A stretch of DNA of 64,000 nt from Thermoplasmata archaeon (GTDB taxonomy: Archaea > Thermoplasmatota > Thermoplasmata > Lutacidiplasmatales > UBA184), in the NCBI GenBank assembly GCA_035504395.1, contig DATJRX010000032.1, positions 1,510 through 65,509 of the forward strand, in the 5' to 3' direction. Below, in pieces: positions 35,175 through 45,143 of this stretch. The notes under the pieces are model-generated. The model was not told where the DNA came from. It ran no database searches and saw only the letters and a list, made by a program, of their open reading frames with translations. A program made the translations under genes and the position numbers. The number at the start of each line of letters is the position of its first letter. The stretch's first letter is position 1.

Positions 35175-36230
35175 TTGGCCGCCACGACCCGGACCCCCGC
35201 TCTGGTGCGGCGCGCGGACTCCCGGTTCGGGGTCTTCTGGCGGATCCTGCGGGCGAACCCGCTCTCGCTCATCGGGTTCGTGCTGGTCGTGATCATCGCG
35301 GTCACGGCGGTCATCGTCGTCGTCGCGCCGCGCGTCCTCGTCCCGTACGGACCGCTCCAGCAGACCGCGGACCGCAACGCCGGGCCCTCGTGGGCCCACC
35401 CGTTCGGGACCGACAATCTCGGCCGTGACATCTACTCGAACGTGATGCTCGCGCTGCCCCTCGATCTCGCGATCGGCCTCGCCATCGCCGGGAGCGCCCT
35501 CCTCATCGGCGGCCTCCTCGGCCTCGTGGCGGGATTCTACAACACGCCGGGGACCGTCCTGGGCGGGGTCTCGGTCGTGGTGCTCCGGATCACCGATGTC
35601 TTCCTCTCGTTCCCCAGCCTGATCCTCGCGCTCGCCCTGACCCGGGTCCTGGGGCTCGGCGTCGGCCCGAGCGTGCTCGCGATCACGATCACGTGGTGGC
35701 CGTTCTACGTGCGGCTCGTCCGCGGCGAGGTGCTCGCGGTGAAGCACCTCCCGTACGTGAACGCGGCCCGCGCCGCCGGCGTGACGGAGAACCGGATCCT
35801 CCTGCGGCACGTCCTTCGGAACATCCTCGAACCCGTGATCGTCTACTTCACGCTCGACATCGGGACCGTCCTCGTCACCTACTCGACGATCGGCTACATC
35901 GGGGTCGCGAGCATCTACCCCGGGCCGTCGCCGGAGTGGGGGGCGATGCTCGCCTACTACCAGCAGACCGGCTCGGCGAACATCTACCCGTGGCTGGTCC
36001 TGGCCCCCGGCGGGGCGATCTTCCTCACCGTCTTCGCGTTCAGCCTGCTGGGCGACGGGCTGCGCGACATCCTCGACCCGCGCACGCGACGCGCCTTCGT
36101 CCGCTCGAGCGCGATCCACGAGCCGCCGGCCGAGACGTCGACGGGCCCCGCGGCCGAGCCGACCGGCCCCGAGCCGGACGTCGAGGGCGGGGTCCCGCTG
36201 GCGGCGCGGGAGGCGCACCCGGTCCCGTGA
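35175..36230 (+). CDS. ABC transporter permease, PepT family, DppC/OppC-like
   Basis: GTDNLGRDIYSNV motif, six hydrophobic segments, and YVNAARAAGVTENRILLRHVLRN. Confidence 0.85.
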   Translation: MAATTRTPALVRRADSRFGVFWRILRANPLSLIGFVLVVIIAVTAVIVVVAPRVLVPYGPLQQTADRNAGPSWAHPFGTDNLGRDIYSNVMLALPLDLAIGLAIAGSALLIGGLLGLVAGFYNTPGTVLGGVSVVVLRITDVFLSFPSLILALALTRVLGLGVGPSVLAITITWWPFYVRLVRGEVLAVKHLPYVNAARAAGVTENRILLRHVLRNILEPVIVYFTLDIGTVLVTYSTIGYIGVASIYPGPSPEWGAMLAYYQQTGSANIYPWLVLAPGGAIFLTVFAFSLLGDGLRDILDPRTRRAFVRSSAIHEPPAETSTGPAAEPTGPEPDVEGGVPLAAREAHPVP

Positions 36231-37393
36231 CCGACCCCCTGCTCGAGGTCGAGAACCTCGAGATCACCTACACGGTCGGCGCCGGCACCTTCCGCGCGGT
36301 CTCGGACGTCTCGCTGCGGATCTACCCGCGCCAGGTGATCGGGATCGTGGGCGAGACCGGGTGCGGGAAGAGCACGCTCGCGCAGGCGATCCCCCGCCTC
36401 CTCCCCGAGCCGCCGGCCACGATCGGCAGCGGACGGATCGTCTTCCGCGGCACCGACCTCGTCCGGGTGTCGAAGCGCCAGATGCCGATGGTCCGGGGCA
36501 CCGGCATCGCGATGATCTTCCAGGAGCCGCTCAACTCGCTGAACCCCGCCTACCGGGTCTTCGACCAGCTTGCCGAGTCGATCCGCATCCGGCACTTCCG
36601 CGAGATGGGCTGGGTGAAATCGTTCCAGGGCGGCGACGAGGCTCCGTTCGACTACTCGAAGCCGGCCGCGCCCGCGACCGCGACGGTCGGGGGCGCGCTC
36701 ACCCGGTCGATCGTGCCCGACGGGGCGCTCGAGGAGGCCGCCCGCGACCGGCTGAGGACCCGGTCCGAGTACCGCGACGAGGTCCTGCGCTACCTCCGCC
36801 TCGTGCGGATCAACGACCCCGAGACGATCCTGAACCTCTACCCGCACGAGCTGTCGGGCGGCATGCGGCAGCGGATCATGATCGCGATGGCGTTGAGCGA
36901 GAAGCCGTCGCTGCTGATCGCGGACGAGCCGACGAGCGCGCTCGACGTGACGATCCAGGCGCAGGTCCTCACGCTGATGAAGGAGCTGATCGACGAGGTC
37001 GACGCGGCGATCCTGTTCATCAGCCACGACCTCGGCGTCATCGCCGAGACCGCCGACGAGGTCGGGGTGATGTACGCCGGTCGGATCGTGGAGTACGGTC
37101 CCGTCGCCGAGATCTTCCGCTCCCCGCGCCACCCCTATACCAAGGCGCTCCTCCGGGCCGCCCCGTCCCGGTACAAGGACGAGGGACCTCTCAGCACGAT
37201 ACCGGGCTCGGTCCCGAACCTGTCGCGCCCGCCGCCGGGGTGCCGGTTCCACCCCCGCTGCGTGCTCGCCCGCGACGTCTGCCGCGGCGAGCCCCCGCCG
37301 CTGGCCCCGGTCGAAGCGGGCGCCGACCCGAACGCGCGGGGCGTCCACCGCAGCGCGTGCTACTTCGCGGCGGAGGTGCCGAACCTCCCGTGA
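36227..37393 (+). CDS. ABC transporter ATP-binding protein, DppD/OppD-like
   Basis: GTG start overlaps the upstream stop (GTGA). Walker A GETGCGKS, signature LSGGMRQR, Walker B LLIADEPTSALD, and a C-terminal oligopeptide-type Cys motif (GCRFHPRC). Confidence 0.9.
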   Translation: MTDPLLEVENLEITYTVGAGTFRAVSDVSLRIYPRQVIGIVGETGCGKSTLAQAIPRLLPEPPATIGSGRIVFRGTDLVRVSKRQMPMVRGTGIAMIFQEPLNSLNPAYRVFDQLAESIRIRHFREMGWVKSFQGGDEAPFDYSKPAAPATATVGGALTRSIVPDGALEEAARDRLRTRSEYRDEVLRYLRLVRINDPETILNLYPHELSGGMRQRIMIAMALSEKPSLLIADEPTSALDVTIQAQVLTLMKELIDEVDAAILFISHDLGVIAETADEVGVMYAGRIVEYGPVAEIFRSPRHPYTKALLRAAPSRYKDEGPLSTIPGSVPNLSRPPPGCRFHPRCVLARDVCRGEPPPLAPVEAGADPNARGVHRSACYFAAEVPNLP

Positions 37394-38475
37394 GCGACCC
37401 CGGCCCGGTGCTCGAGACCGAGCGCCTCGAGAAGTTCTTCCCGATCACGCGGTCGATCGGGGAGACCCTCCATCGCCGGTCCGTCCGCGCGATCCACGCG
37501 GTCGACGGCGTGACGATCTCGGTCCGCGCGGGGGAGACCCTCGGCCTGATCGGCGAGTCCGGCTCCGGGAAGACGACGTTGGGGTGGCTGGTCGCCCGGC
37601 TGCACGCCCCGACCGGCGGGACGATCCGGTTCGACGGCGAGGACATCACGAACCTGAAGGGCCGGGCGCTGCGCGCGTGGCGGCGGAACGTGCAGATCGT
37701 CTTCCAGGACCCGGTCGGGTCGCTCGACCCGCGGCTGAGGGTCTGGCAGATCGTGGGAGAACCGATCCGGGCCCAGGAGGGACTCCCGTCGGCCCAGGTG
37801 CGGGACGCGGTGCGGGACCTGCTCCCGACCGTCGGGCTCCCGGTCGACTGCCTCGACCAGTACCCCCACGAGTTCTCCGGAGGGGGTCGGCAACGCCTGT
37901 CGCTCGCCCGCGCGCTCAGCGTCCATCCGAAGCTCATCATCCTCGACGAGCCGACGAGCGCGCTCGACGTCGCGGTCCAGGCACAGATCCTGAATCGGCT
38001 GGTCGAGCTCCAGCGCGAGCGCGGCCTGGCGTACCTCCTCATCACCCACAACGTCGCCGCCGTGCGGTTCGTCGCCGACCGGGTCGCGGTGATGTACCTC
38101 GGCCAGATCGTCGAGTACGCCGGGGTCCGGGACCTGCTCGAGCACCCGGTCCATCCCTACACGAAGGCGCTCCTCGCCGCGGTCCCGGTGCCCGATGCGA
38201 GCCGGCGGCGCACGCGCTACCGGATCGGCGGCGACATCCCGTCGCTCGTCGACCCGGCGCCGGGCTGCCGCTTCGCGCCGCGCTGTCCGTTCGTGATCGA
38301 ACGGTGCCGGACCGAGGATCCGCCGCTGGTCCCGTTCGGGGCGTCGGGCCGTCTCGTCGCCTGCCACCGCGCCGAGGAGGTCCGGGACATCGCGCCCGAC
38401 GCCCTGCTGGCGACGGCCGGTCCGGCCCCGGCGGCGGCGACAGGCTCCGCGGCTAGCTCAACCACTGCGAGTTGA
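37390..38475 (+). CDS. ABC transporter ATP-binding protein, DppF/OppF-like
   Basis: GTG start overlaps the upstream stop (GTGA). Walker A GESGSGKTT, signature FSGGGRQR, Walker B LIILDEPTSALD, then GCRFAPRCPF. Confidence 0.9.
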   Translation: MSDPGPVLETERLEKFFPITRSIGETLHRRSVRAIHAVDGVTISVRAGETLGLIGESGSGKTTLGWLVARLHAPTGGTIRFDGEDITNLKGRALRAWRRNVQIVFQDPVGSLDPRLRVWQIVGEPIRAQEGLPSAQVRDAVRDLLPTVGLPVDCLDQYPHEFSGGGRQRLSLARALSVHPKLIILDEPTSALDVAVQAQILNRLVELQRERGLAYLLITHNVAAVRFVADRVAVMYLGQIVEYAGVRDLLEHPVHPYTKALLAAVPVPDASRRRTRYRIGGDIPSLVDPAPGCRFAPRCPFVIERCRTEDPPLVPFGASGRLVACHRAEEVRDIAPDALLATAGPAPAAATGSAASSTTAS

Positions 38476-40414
38476 AGCCGATCGAGAACGGCTCGGCGCT
38501 CGCCATCGGGTTCTCCACGAACCCGTGGAGGTTCGAGGCGTAGACCGCGAACGAGGTCGGCACGACGAGCCAGATCTCGCTGTAATCGTTGTAGAGCGCC
38601 TGCGTCATCGTGGCGTAGAGGTCGGTCAGCGTCTGGTTGTTCGTCGCGTTGTTGTCCGGGGTGCTCGCTGCCGAGTAGACCATCTGGTCGAGGGTCGCGT
38701 TGTAGTCCGGCGACGCGACGTTGTTGAAGCCGGCCATGCACATGTTCGCGCTGCCCGAGCTCACGAAGTCGTTCTGGGTCCAGTCGTCCGGGGAGATGTA
38801 GTCCGACGTGTAGAACTCCTGGCCCATGTAGAACGGCCCGCCGTTGAGCGTCGTGTTCGAGGCGCACTCCCCCGCGCTGTAGCCCTGCTCGGCGATCAGG
38901 CCGTCCAGGTTCACCGGGATCGGCTGGATCGTGATGTTGATCGCCTTCAGATCGTTCTGGAGGAGCGAGGCGGTGTCGGACCAGTCCGACCCCGAGTTGA
39001 GGTACATGTACTTGATCGTGTCCCCGCTGCAGGCGCCCTTCGCGCACGGCGAGTTCGCCATCTCCTGGTAGGCGAGGGAGAGGTCGTAGGGGTACGGCGA
39101 GAGCGCCGGGGTGCTGCCGTTGGCGGGGTCGTAGTACGGATACGACGGCGGCACCGGGCCGACCCACTGCGTCGCGTACCCACCGAACGCCTCCTGGATG
39201 ATCTGCTGGTAGTTGATCGCGTGCGCGATCGCCTCCCGGACCGAGAGGTTGTTGAACGGATAGACGGACTGGTTCAGGTAGATCCACCACGATCCGCTGG
39301 TCGCCCCGTAGATCGTCGACAGCGGCTGCACGACGATGTTCGAGTGCCCTTCGAGCTGCTGGATCGTCGAGGGCCCGATGTAGGCGAACGACGCCCCCTG
39401 GACGTGGCCATCGAGCAGGTCGGCCGTCGTGATGTCGATCGTGTCCTGGAAGATGATCTCGACCGAGGTGTTCGCCACCTGCAGGTTCACGTTCCAGGGC
39501 TCGGCCGCCGCGGCCGTCGCTCCCCAGTACTTGGGGTTCGGCTGGAGGACGTAGCCCCCTCCGCCGGCGCCGTTGTAGTCGAGGAGCAGGTACGGTCCCG
39601 TCCCGAGGGTGTTCGTCGCGGCGTACGTGTTCACGTTCCCGACCGAGACGCCTCCGTTCGCGTCGATCCAGACCGGGTCGACCGCGTACGAGTTCGGCGC
39701 CGAGATCGAGGCGAGCAGGTAGGTGTAGTTCGTCGCGAGGTAGCCGTAGCCGAGGTTCAGCGCGATGGAGTACTCGTTGATGACCTGGAACGACTGGTTC
39801 GCGGTCTCCATCATCGCGATCTCGGAAGCGGTCGGGTTGTCGAAGTTCCAGGAATTGAGGTCGCTCGCCAGGGTCGCGTTCGCGGCCTGGACGGTCGCGT
39901 TGGGCGAGTAGTACGAGAGCGGATCGGACGCGCTGAAGTTCGTCGAGTAGAAGTTCTCCTCCAGGATGAATTGCGGACCCTGCTCGAGCAAGAGGCTGCG
40001 GTAGAGGCTGTACCATTGGACGTAGGCGTTGTAGGGATCCCCGTTCGAGAAGACCACGCCCTGCCGGAGCTCGAAGGTGTAGGTCGAGATGTTGGTCCCG
40101 GTGTCGGGGTTGTAGTTGCTGGTCACGGTCCAGCCCGACGCGAGGACCCCCGAGAAGCTCGTCGAGCTCGAGCCGTTGTAGTTCACGAGCCCCTGGTAGA
40201 CCTGCTGGACGGCCGCCCATCCGGGCGTCGTGAACGTGACGGCGGGGTCGAGCGAGTCGGGGATCTCGGCCTGATCGATGCAGATGTACGCCTTCTGGTT
40301 CGGCCCGCAGTTCGAGGTCGTCGAGTGCTGCAGGGCGAAGTAGACGCCGATCCCGGCGACGACCACGACGATCACCAACGCGATGACGATGACGTTGCGG
40401 GTCTGGGGTCGCAT
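38453..40414 (-). CDS. ABC transporter substrate-binding protein, family 5 (PepT-type), membrane-anchored glycoprotein
   Basis: N-terminal anchor MRPQTRNVIVIALVIVVVVAGIGVYFAL with an SBP_bac_5-like layout. At least 15 N-x-S/T sequons. ATG at 40414. It is convergent with the ATPase gene, with a 23-nt 3' overlap. Confidence 0.85.
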   Translation of the reverse strand: MRPQTRNVIVIALVIVVVVAGIGVYFALQHSTTSNCGPNQKAYICIDQAEIPDSLDPAVTFTTPGWAAVQQVYQGLVNYNGSSSTSFSGVLASGWTVTSNYNPDTGTNISTYTFELRQGVVFSNGDPYNAYVQWYSLYRSLLLEQGPQFILEENFYSTNFSASDPLSYYSPNATVQAANATLASDLNSWNFDNPTASEIAMMETANQSFQVINEYSIALNLGYGYLATNYTYLLASISAPNSYAVDPVWIDANGGVSVGNVNTYAATNTLGTGPYLLLDYNGAGGGGYVLQPNPKYWGATAAAAEPWNVNLQVANTSVEIIFQDTIDITTADLLDGHVQGASFAYIGPSTIQQLEGHSNIVVQPLSTIYGATSGSWWIYLNQSVYPFNNLSVREAIAHAINYQQIIQEAFGGYATQWVGPVPPSYPYYDPANGSTPALSPYPYDLSLAYQEMANSPCAKGACSGDTIKYMYLNSGSDWSDTASLLQNDLKAINITIQPIPVNLDGLIAEQGYSAGECASNTTLNGGPFYMGQEFYTSDYISPDDWTQNDFVSSGSANMCMAGFNNVASPDYNATLDQMVYSAASTPDNNATNNQTLTDLYATMTQALYNDYSEIWLVVPTSFAVYASNLHGFVENPMASAEPFSIGFNSQWLS

Positions 40415-40553
40415 CGAGGACCACCTCAGAAGTCTGGGCCGAATCCCCCTCCCCCTTGATAAGGTGTACCATGGGGGGTCTCCGCCCTCGAGAAGGCCGT
40501 GCGCCCGGCACCCTCTTTTATCCGGGGGGAACTGGCCGCGGCCGAGGCCGTCC

Positions 40554-42047
40554 ATGGGCCAGAAGATGCTGATCGGAGGCGAGTGGGTCGAGGCGTCGAG
40601 CGCCGCGACCGTTCCCGTGACCAGCCCGTTCGACGGGGCGACGATCGACACGGTCCCGCAGGGGGGTCGGGAGGACGCTCGCGCCGCGGTCGATGCGGCC
40701 CGGGAGGCGTTCGACCGGGGCCCGTGGCCGCGGATGCCGCCGCGCGCCCGAGGCGAGGTCTACCTCAAGGCGGCCGCCCTGATCCAGTCCCGGATCGCCC
40801 CCCTGGCGGAGCTCGAGTCGCGCAATCAGGGCAAGACGATCAAGCAGGCCCAGGACGCGGACCTCCCGTTCTCGGTCGACAACCTGATCTTCTACGCCGG
40901 GGCGGGCCGCCTGCTCGACGCGAAGAGCCCCGGGGAGTTCACCGGGGATGGCACGACGATCTTCCGGCGGGAGCCGGTCGGGGTCGTCGCGTCGATCACC
41001 CCGTGGAACTACCCGTTCATGATGGCCGTGTGGAAGATCGGTCCGGCGCTCATCACCGGCAACACGGTCGTGCTGAAGCCGGCGAGCTGGACGCCGCTCA
41101 CGACCCTCGAGCTCGGGCGTGCCTTCGACGAGGCGGGGCTGCCGAAGGGCGCCCTCAACGTGGTCACCGGACCGGGAGGGGAGGTCGGGGACGAGCTGTC
41201 GCGCCATCCCAAGGTCGACATGGTCTCGCTGACGGGGGACACGGCGACCGGCAAGAAGATCATGGAGGCGGCGAGCGGCACCGTCAAGCGGACGCAGCTC
41301 GAGCTCGGCGGGAAGGCCCCGTTCGTGGTCTTCGAGGACGCGGACCTCGCCGCGGCCGTGGAGGGCGCGATCGTCGCGGGGTACGTGAACGGCGGGCAGG
41401 ACTGCACGGCCGCGACGCGCCTCATCGTCCACCGGAACGTCCGCGGGAAGTTCGTGAAGCGCCTCCTCGAGCGGGTCGCCGCGATCCGGGTCGGGGACCC
41501 GTTGCAGCGCACCACCGACCTCGGCCCGCTGGTCCACACGACGCAACAGCGGCGCGTCCTCGAGTTCGTGGAGAAAGGGAAGGACGAAGGGGCCCAGCTC
41601 CTCGCCGGCGGCACCGACGAGCGCGCGAAGCAGCTCACGGGCGCGTTCGTCGCGCCGACCGTGTTCGACGCGGTGACCCCGGACATGACGATCGCGCAGC
41701 GGGAGGTCTTCGGACCGGTCCTGGACGTGCTCGAGTTCGAGACGTTCGACCAGGCGCTCGAGATCGCGAACGGCGTCGAGTACGGGCTCGCGGGTTCGGT
41801 GTGGACCAACGACCTTCGGACCGCCGTGAAGGCCGCGAACGCGTTGAGGTTCGGGGACGTCTGGGTGAACGACCACCTGCCGCTCGGCTCCGAGACGCCG
41901 CACGGCGGGATGAAGCAGTCCGGGTTCGGCAAGGACCTGGGGGCGGACTCGCTCTACGATTACACGACCGTGAAGAACATCTACATCGATCTCACCGGCC
42001 AGGCCCGGAAGGCCTGGCATTACACGACCTACGGCGATCCGGCGTGA
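40554..42047 (+). CDS. NAD(P)-dependent aldehyde dehydrogenase (aminoaldehyde / betaine-aldehyde DH-like)
   Basis: ITPWNYPFMMAVWKIGPALITGNTVVLKP, LELGGKAP, and the catalytic Cys context GGQDCTAATR. ATG at 40554. Confidence 0.9.
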   Translation: MGQKMLIGGEWVEASSAATVPVTSPFDGATIDTVPQGGREDARAAVDAAREAFDRGPWPRMPPRARGEVYLKAAALIQSRIAPLAELESRNQGKTIKQAQDADLPFSVDNLIFYAGAGRLLDAKSPGEFTGDGTTIFRREPVGVVASITPWNYPFMMAVWKIGPALITGNTVVLKPASWTPLTTLELGRAFDEAGLPKGALNVVTGPGGEVGDELSRHPKVDMVSLTGDTATGKKIMEAASGTVKRTQLELGGKAPFVVFEDADLAAAVEGAIVAGYVNGGQDCTAATRLIVHRNVRGKFVKRLLERVAAIRVGDPLQRTTDLGPLVHTTQQRRVLEFVEKGKDEGAQLLAGGTDERAKQLTGAFVAPTVFDAVTPDMTIAQREVFGPVLDVLEFETFDQALEIANGVEYGLAGSVWTNDLRTAVKAANALRFGDVWVNDHLPLGSETPHGGMKQSGFGKDLGADSLYDYTTVKNIYIDLTGQARKAWHYTTYGDPA

Positions 42048-42054
42048 GGGGTCC

Positions 42055-43542
42055 GTGATCGACGGCCTCCCGGCGAGCGGCAAGGGCTCGCTCCTCATTG
42101 GGGGCGAGTGGCGGGCGCCCGCGAGCGGCCGGTACCTCCCGGTCCGCGACCCGTCGACGGGCCGGGCGATCGCGGAGGCGCCGGTCGCGTCCGCGGACGA
42201 GGCGCGGGCCGCGGTCGACGCGGCGGCGGACGCCGAGGAGCGGTGGGGGCGGGTCCCGGGCCACGAGCGGGCCCGCGTCCTCCGGGCCGCCGCGGAACGG
42301 CTCCGCGCGGACCGCGACACGCTGGCCCGGCTGATCGCGATGGAGGTCGGGAAGCCGATCGCCGACGCGCGGGTCGAGGCGGACCGCGCGGTCGGGGTCT
42401 ACCAGCTGGCGGCCGAGGAGATCCGCCACCTGGGCGGCGAGAGCTACCCCGCCGACGCCTACGAGCGTCCCGCGGGCAACGAGACGCGGTTCCTGTTCTC
42501 GGTCCGGGACCCGGTCGGGGTCGTGGTCGCGATCGGGCCGTTCAACTTCCCGCTCAACCTGCTGAGCCACAAGATCGCCCCCGCGCTCGCGGCCGGGAAT
42601 CCGGTCGTGGCGAAGCCCACGAGCGCGGCGCCGTTCACGGCGCTCCGGCTGGCGGAGCACCTCACCGCGGCCGGGGTCCCGCCGGGGGTCCTCAACGTGG
42701 TCACCGGTCCGGGCGGCTCTGTGGGGGACGCGCTCGTCGAGCACCCCCGCACGCGGCTCGTCACGTTCACCGGCTCGACCGAGGTCGGCAAGGCGATCGC
42801 CGGCAAGGCCGGGGCCCGCGCGAAGCGCGTGATCCTCGAGATGGGCGGAATGGACCCGTTCGTGGTGCTCGCGGACGCTGCGCTCGAGCCGACGGTCGAC
42901 GCCGCGGTTCGTGGGGTCTTCGCCTACTCGGGCCAGGTGTGCACCGCATCGAAGCGATTCCTCGTCGCCGAGCCGATCGCGGACGCGTTCGCGCAGCAGT
43001 TCGCCGCGCGCGCCCGCGCGCTGAGGGTCGGGCCGGCCCTCGAGGAGTCCACGCAGGTCGGCCCGCTGATCGACCCCGCCGCGGTCGAGCGCATGGAGAC
43101 GCTGGTGGCGGACGCGAGGTCCCGGTCCGCGGAGGTCCTCACCGGCGGCGGGCGGCCCCCGGGCCGGACGGAGGGGAGCTTCTTCGAACCGACGGTGATC
43201 GACCGCGTGCCCGAGGCGGCCCGGGTCCTCCACGAGGAACCGTTCGGGCCGCTCGCCCCGATCGTCCGGTTCCGGGACCTCGACGACGCGGTCCGGATCG
43301 CGAACGGCACCCCCTACGGACTCCAGGCGGCGGTGTACACGCGCGACCTCGCGCGCGGGTTCGCGCTCGCGAAGCGGATCCGCGCCGGGGGCGTGCACCT
43401 CAATGACCCGACCAACCTCCGGTGGGACGCCCTGCCGTTCGGCGGGGTGAAGGAGAGCGGCCTCGGCCGCGAAGGGCTGCGCTACGCGATGCAGGAGATG
43501 ACCGAGGTCAAGCTGATCTCGGTCAATTTCGCGGGTGCCTGA
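42055..43542 (+). CDS. NAD(P)-dependent aldehyde dehydrogenase (lactaldehyde / succinate-semialdehyde DH-like)
   Basis: IGPFNFPLNLLSHKIAPALAAGNPVVAKP, ILEMGGMDP, and the catalytic Cys context SGQVCTASKR. GTG start 7 nt after the previous stop. Confidence 0.9.
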   Translation: MIDGLPASGKGSLLIGGEWRAPASGRYLPVRDPSTGRAIAEAPVASADEARAAVDAAADAEERWGRVPGHERARVLRAAAERLRADRDTLARLIAMEVGKPIADARVEADRAVGVYQLAAEEIRHLGGESYPADAYERPAGNETRFLFSVRDPVGVVVAIGPFNFPLNLLSHKIAPALAAGNPVVAKPTSAAPFTALRLAEHLTAAGVPPGVLNVVTGPGGSVGDALVEHPRTRLVTFTGSTEVGKAIAGKAGARAKRVILEMGGMDPFVVLADAALEPTVDAAVRGVFAYSGQVCTASKRFLVAEPIADAFAQQFAARARALRVGPALEESTQVGPLIDPAAVERMETLVADARSRSAEVLTGGGRPPGRTEGSFFEPTVIDRVPEAARVLHEEPFGPLAPIVRFRDLDDAVRIANGTPYGLQAAVYTRDLARGFALAKRIRAGGVHLNDPTNLRWDALPFGGVKESGLGREGLRYAMQEMTEVKLISVNFAGA

Positions 43543-43545
43543 GCT

Positions 43546-45051
43546 TCACGACGGCTCGGCGTCGGGGAGCGATCGGCCGGGCACCGGTGGGATCACCGGG
43601 GCGGGGCCGCCCGGTCCGGCCGGCAGTCGCGGTTCGATCGGCATCGCCCGGGCCGGGCCGACCGGGCCCGCGCGCGCGGCCCCGGGCACGAGGTCGAGGC
43701 TGTCGAGCGCGTCCTCGTACGCTTCGAGACCGCGCTCGAGGAGCTCGTCCTCGATCGTGAGCGGCGCCATGAACCGGGTCACCTGGTCCCACGCGCCGGC
43801 GGTGTGCATCAGCACGCCGCGGGCGAACAGCGCCGCTCGGACGGCCTTGGCGCGGTCGCCCCACGGCGCCCGCGTGGCCGGGTCCCGGACGAACTCGACG
43901 CCGATCATGAAGCCCCGGCCGCGGACGTCCCCGATCGAGGGGTGGGCCGCGGCGAACGATCGGAACCGGTCGACGACCCGGGCCCCCCGGTGCCGCGTGC
44001 GCTCGAGCAGGTCGTCCTCCTGGAGGACGCGGAGGACCTCGGTCCCGACGGCGAGCGCGAGCGGGTTCCCCCGGTACGTGCCGAGATGGAATCCGCGCGG
44101 GAGCTCGGGCACGAGGTCGTCGCGGTACGCGACGAGCGCGAGCGGGATCCCGCCGCCGATCGTCTTCGCGATGCAGACGATGTCCGGGGTGACGCCGGCG
44201 TGCTCGACGGCCCACATCCGGCCGGTCCGGCCGAGCCCGGTCTGCACCTCGTCCGCGATCAGGACGATCCCGTGCCGATCGCAGTACTCCCGCAGCGACG
44301 GCAGGAAGTCGTCCGGAGGGACGACGTACCCGCCCTCCCCCAGGATCGGCTCAACCAGGACCGACGAGATCGTGTCGACGCCCGATGCCGGATCGTTCGC
44401 GAGATGCTCGAGGTACGCGATCGTGCCCGCGGCGCCCTCGTCGGCCCCGAGGACCGGGCGGTAGGGATCGGGGTACGGGACGCGGATCACCGATCCGCCC
44501 GGGAAGGAGGAGGTGACGTGGTACCGGCGGGCGCTGGTGAGGCCCACCGCGCCGCCGTGCACCCCGTGGTACGCGCCCGAGAACGCCACGGTGCCGTGCC
44601 GCTTCGTGGCGAAGTCGGCCAGGCTGACCGCGGTCTCGATCGCATCGCCCCCGGTGACGCAGAACAGCACCCGGGCGTGACGCCGCAGCGTGCCCGGCAG
44701 GCATCCGACGAGCTCCTCGAGGAACGCCACGCGGGCCTCGGTCGGGAGCTCGAGCGCATGCCAGATCGCCCGCTCCTGGGCCTCGAGGGCCGCGACGAGC
44801 CGGGGGTGCCGGTGCCCGAGATTGAGCACGGAGATCCCGGCGAGCCAGTCGATGTAGCGGTTCCCGTCGACATCCTCGATCGTCGCGCCCTGCGCGACGC
44901 GGGGGGCCATCGGGAAGTAGTGGGGATACCCCACCGCGTCCGTCTCGAGCCGCCCCTGCTGCGCGAGGAGCTGGCGGGACTTCGGGCCCGGTGGGGGGGT
45001 CACGATGCGCGGGGCGTCCGGAAAGCTCAGCCAGTGGGCGGCGTCGGTCAT
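43546..45051 (-). CDS. class III PLP aminotransferase (4-aminobutyrate / omega-amino acid aminotransferase-like)
   Basis: DVDGNRYIDWLAGISVLNLGHRHP, SGAYHGVHGG, LIADEVQTGLGRTG, and the PLP-lysine context CIAKTIGGG. ATG at 45051. It has a Pro-rich C-terminal tail. Confidence 0.9.
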   Translation of the reverse strand: MTDAAHWLSFPDAPRIVTPPPGPKSRQLLAQQGRLETDAVGYPHYFPMAPRVAQGATIEDVDGNRYIDWLAGISVLNLGHRHPRLVAALEAQERAIWHALELPTEARVAFLEELVGCLPGTLRRHARVLFCVTGGDAIETAVSLADFATKRHGTVAFSGAYHGVHGGAVGLTSARRYHVTSSFPGGSVIRVPYPDPYRPVLGADEGAAGTIAYLEHLANDPASGVDTISSVLVEPILGEGGYVVPPDDFLPSLREYCDRHGIVLIADEVQTGLGRTGRMWAVEHAGVTPDIVCIAKTIGGGIPLALVAYRDDLVPELPRGFHLGTYRGNPLALAVGTEVLRVLQEDDLLERTRHRGARVVDRFRSFAAAHPSIGDVRGRGFMIGVEFVRDPATRAPWGDRAKAVRAALFARGVLMHTAGAWDQVTRFMAPLTIEDELLERGLEAYEDALDSLDLVPGAARAGPVGPARAMPIEPRLPAGPGGPAPVIPPVPGRSLPDAEPS

Positions 45052-45111
45052 CGGCCCTCGCGCCGGAGAACCGGTCCGGCGCTTATCAACGTTCGGCCGC
45101 CGCAGGCGCGG

Positions 45112-45119
45112 TGTATTTG
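45112..45119 (+). promoter_or_regulatory. TATA-box-like element upstream of the (frameshifted) GNAT gene
   Basis: TGTATTTG ends 24 nt upstream of the ATG at 45144, the same geometry as other leaderless genes in the window. Confidence 0.4.
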
Positions 45120-45143
45120 CGCGGTCGCGCGCTCCGCCCCGGG

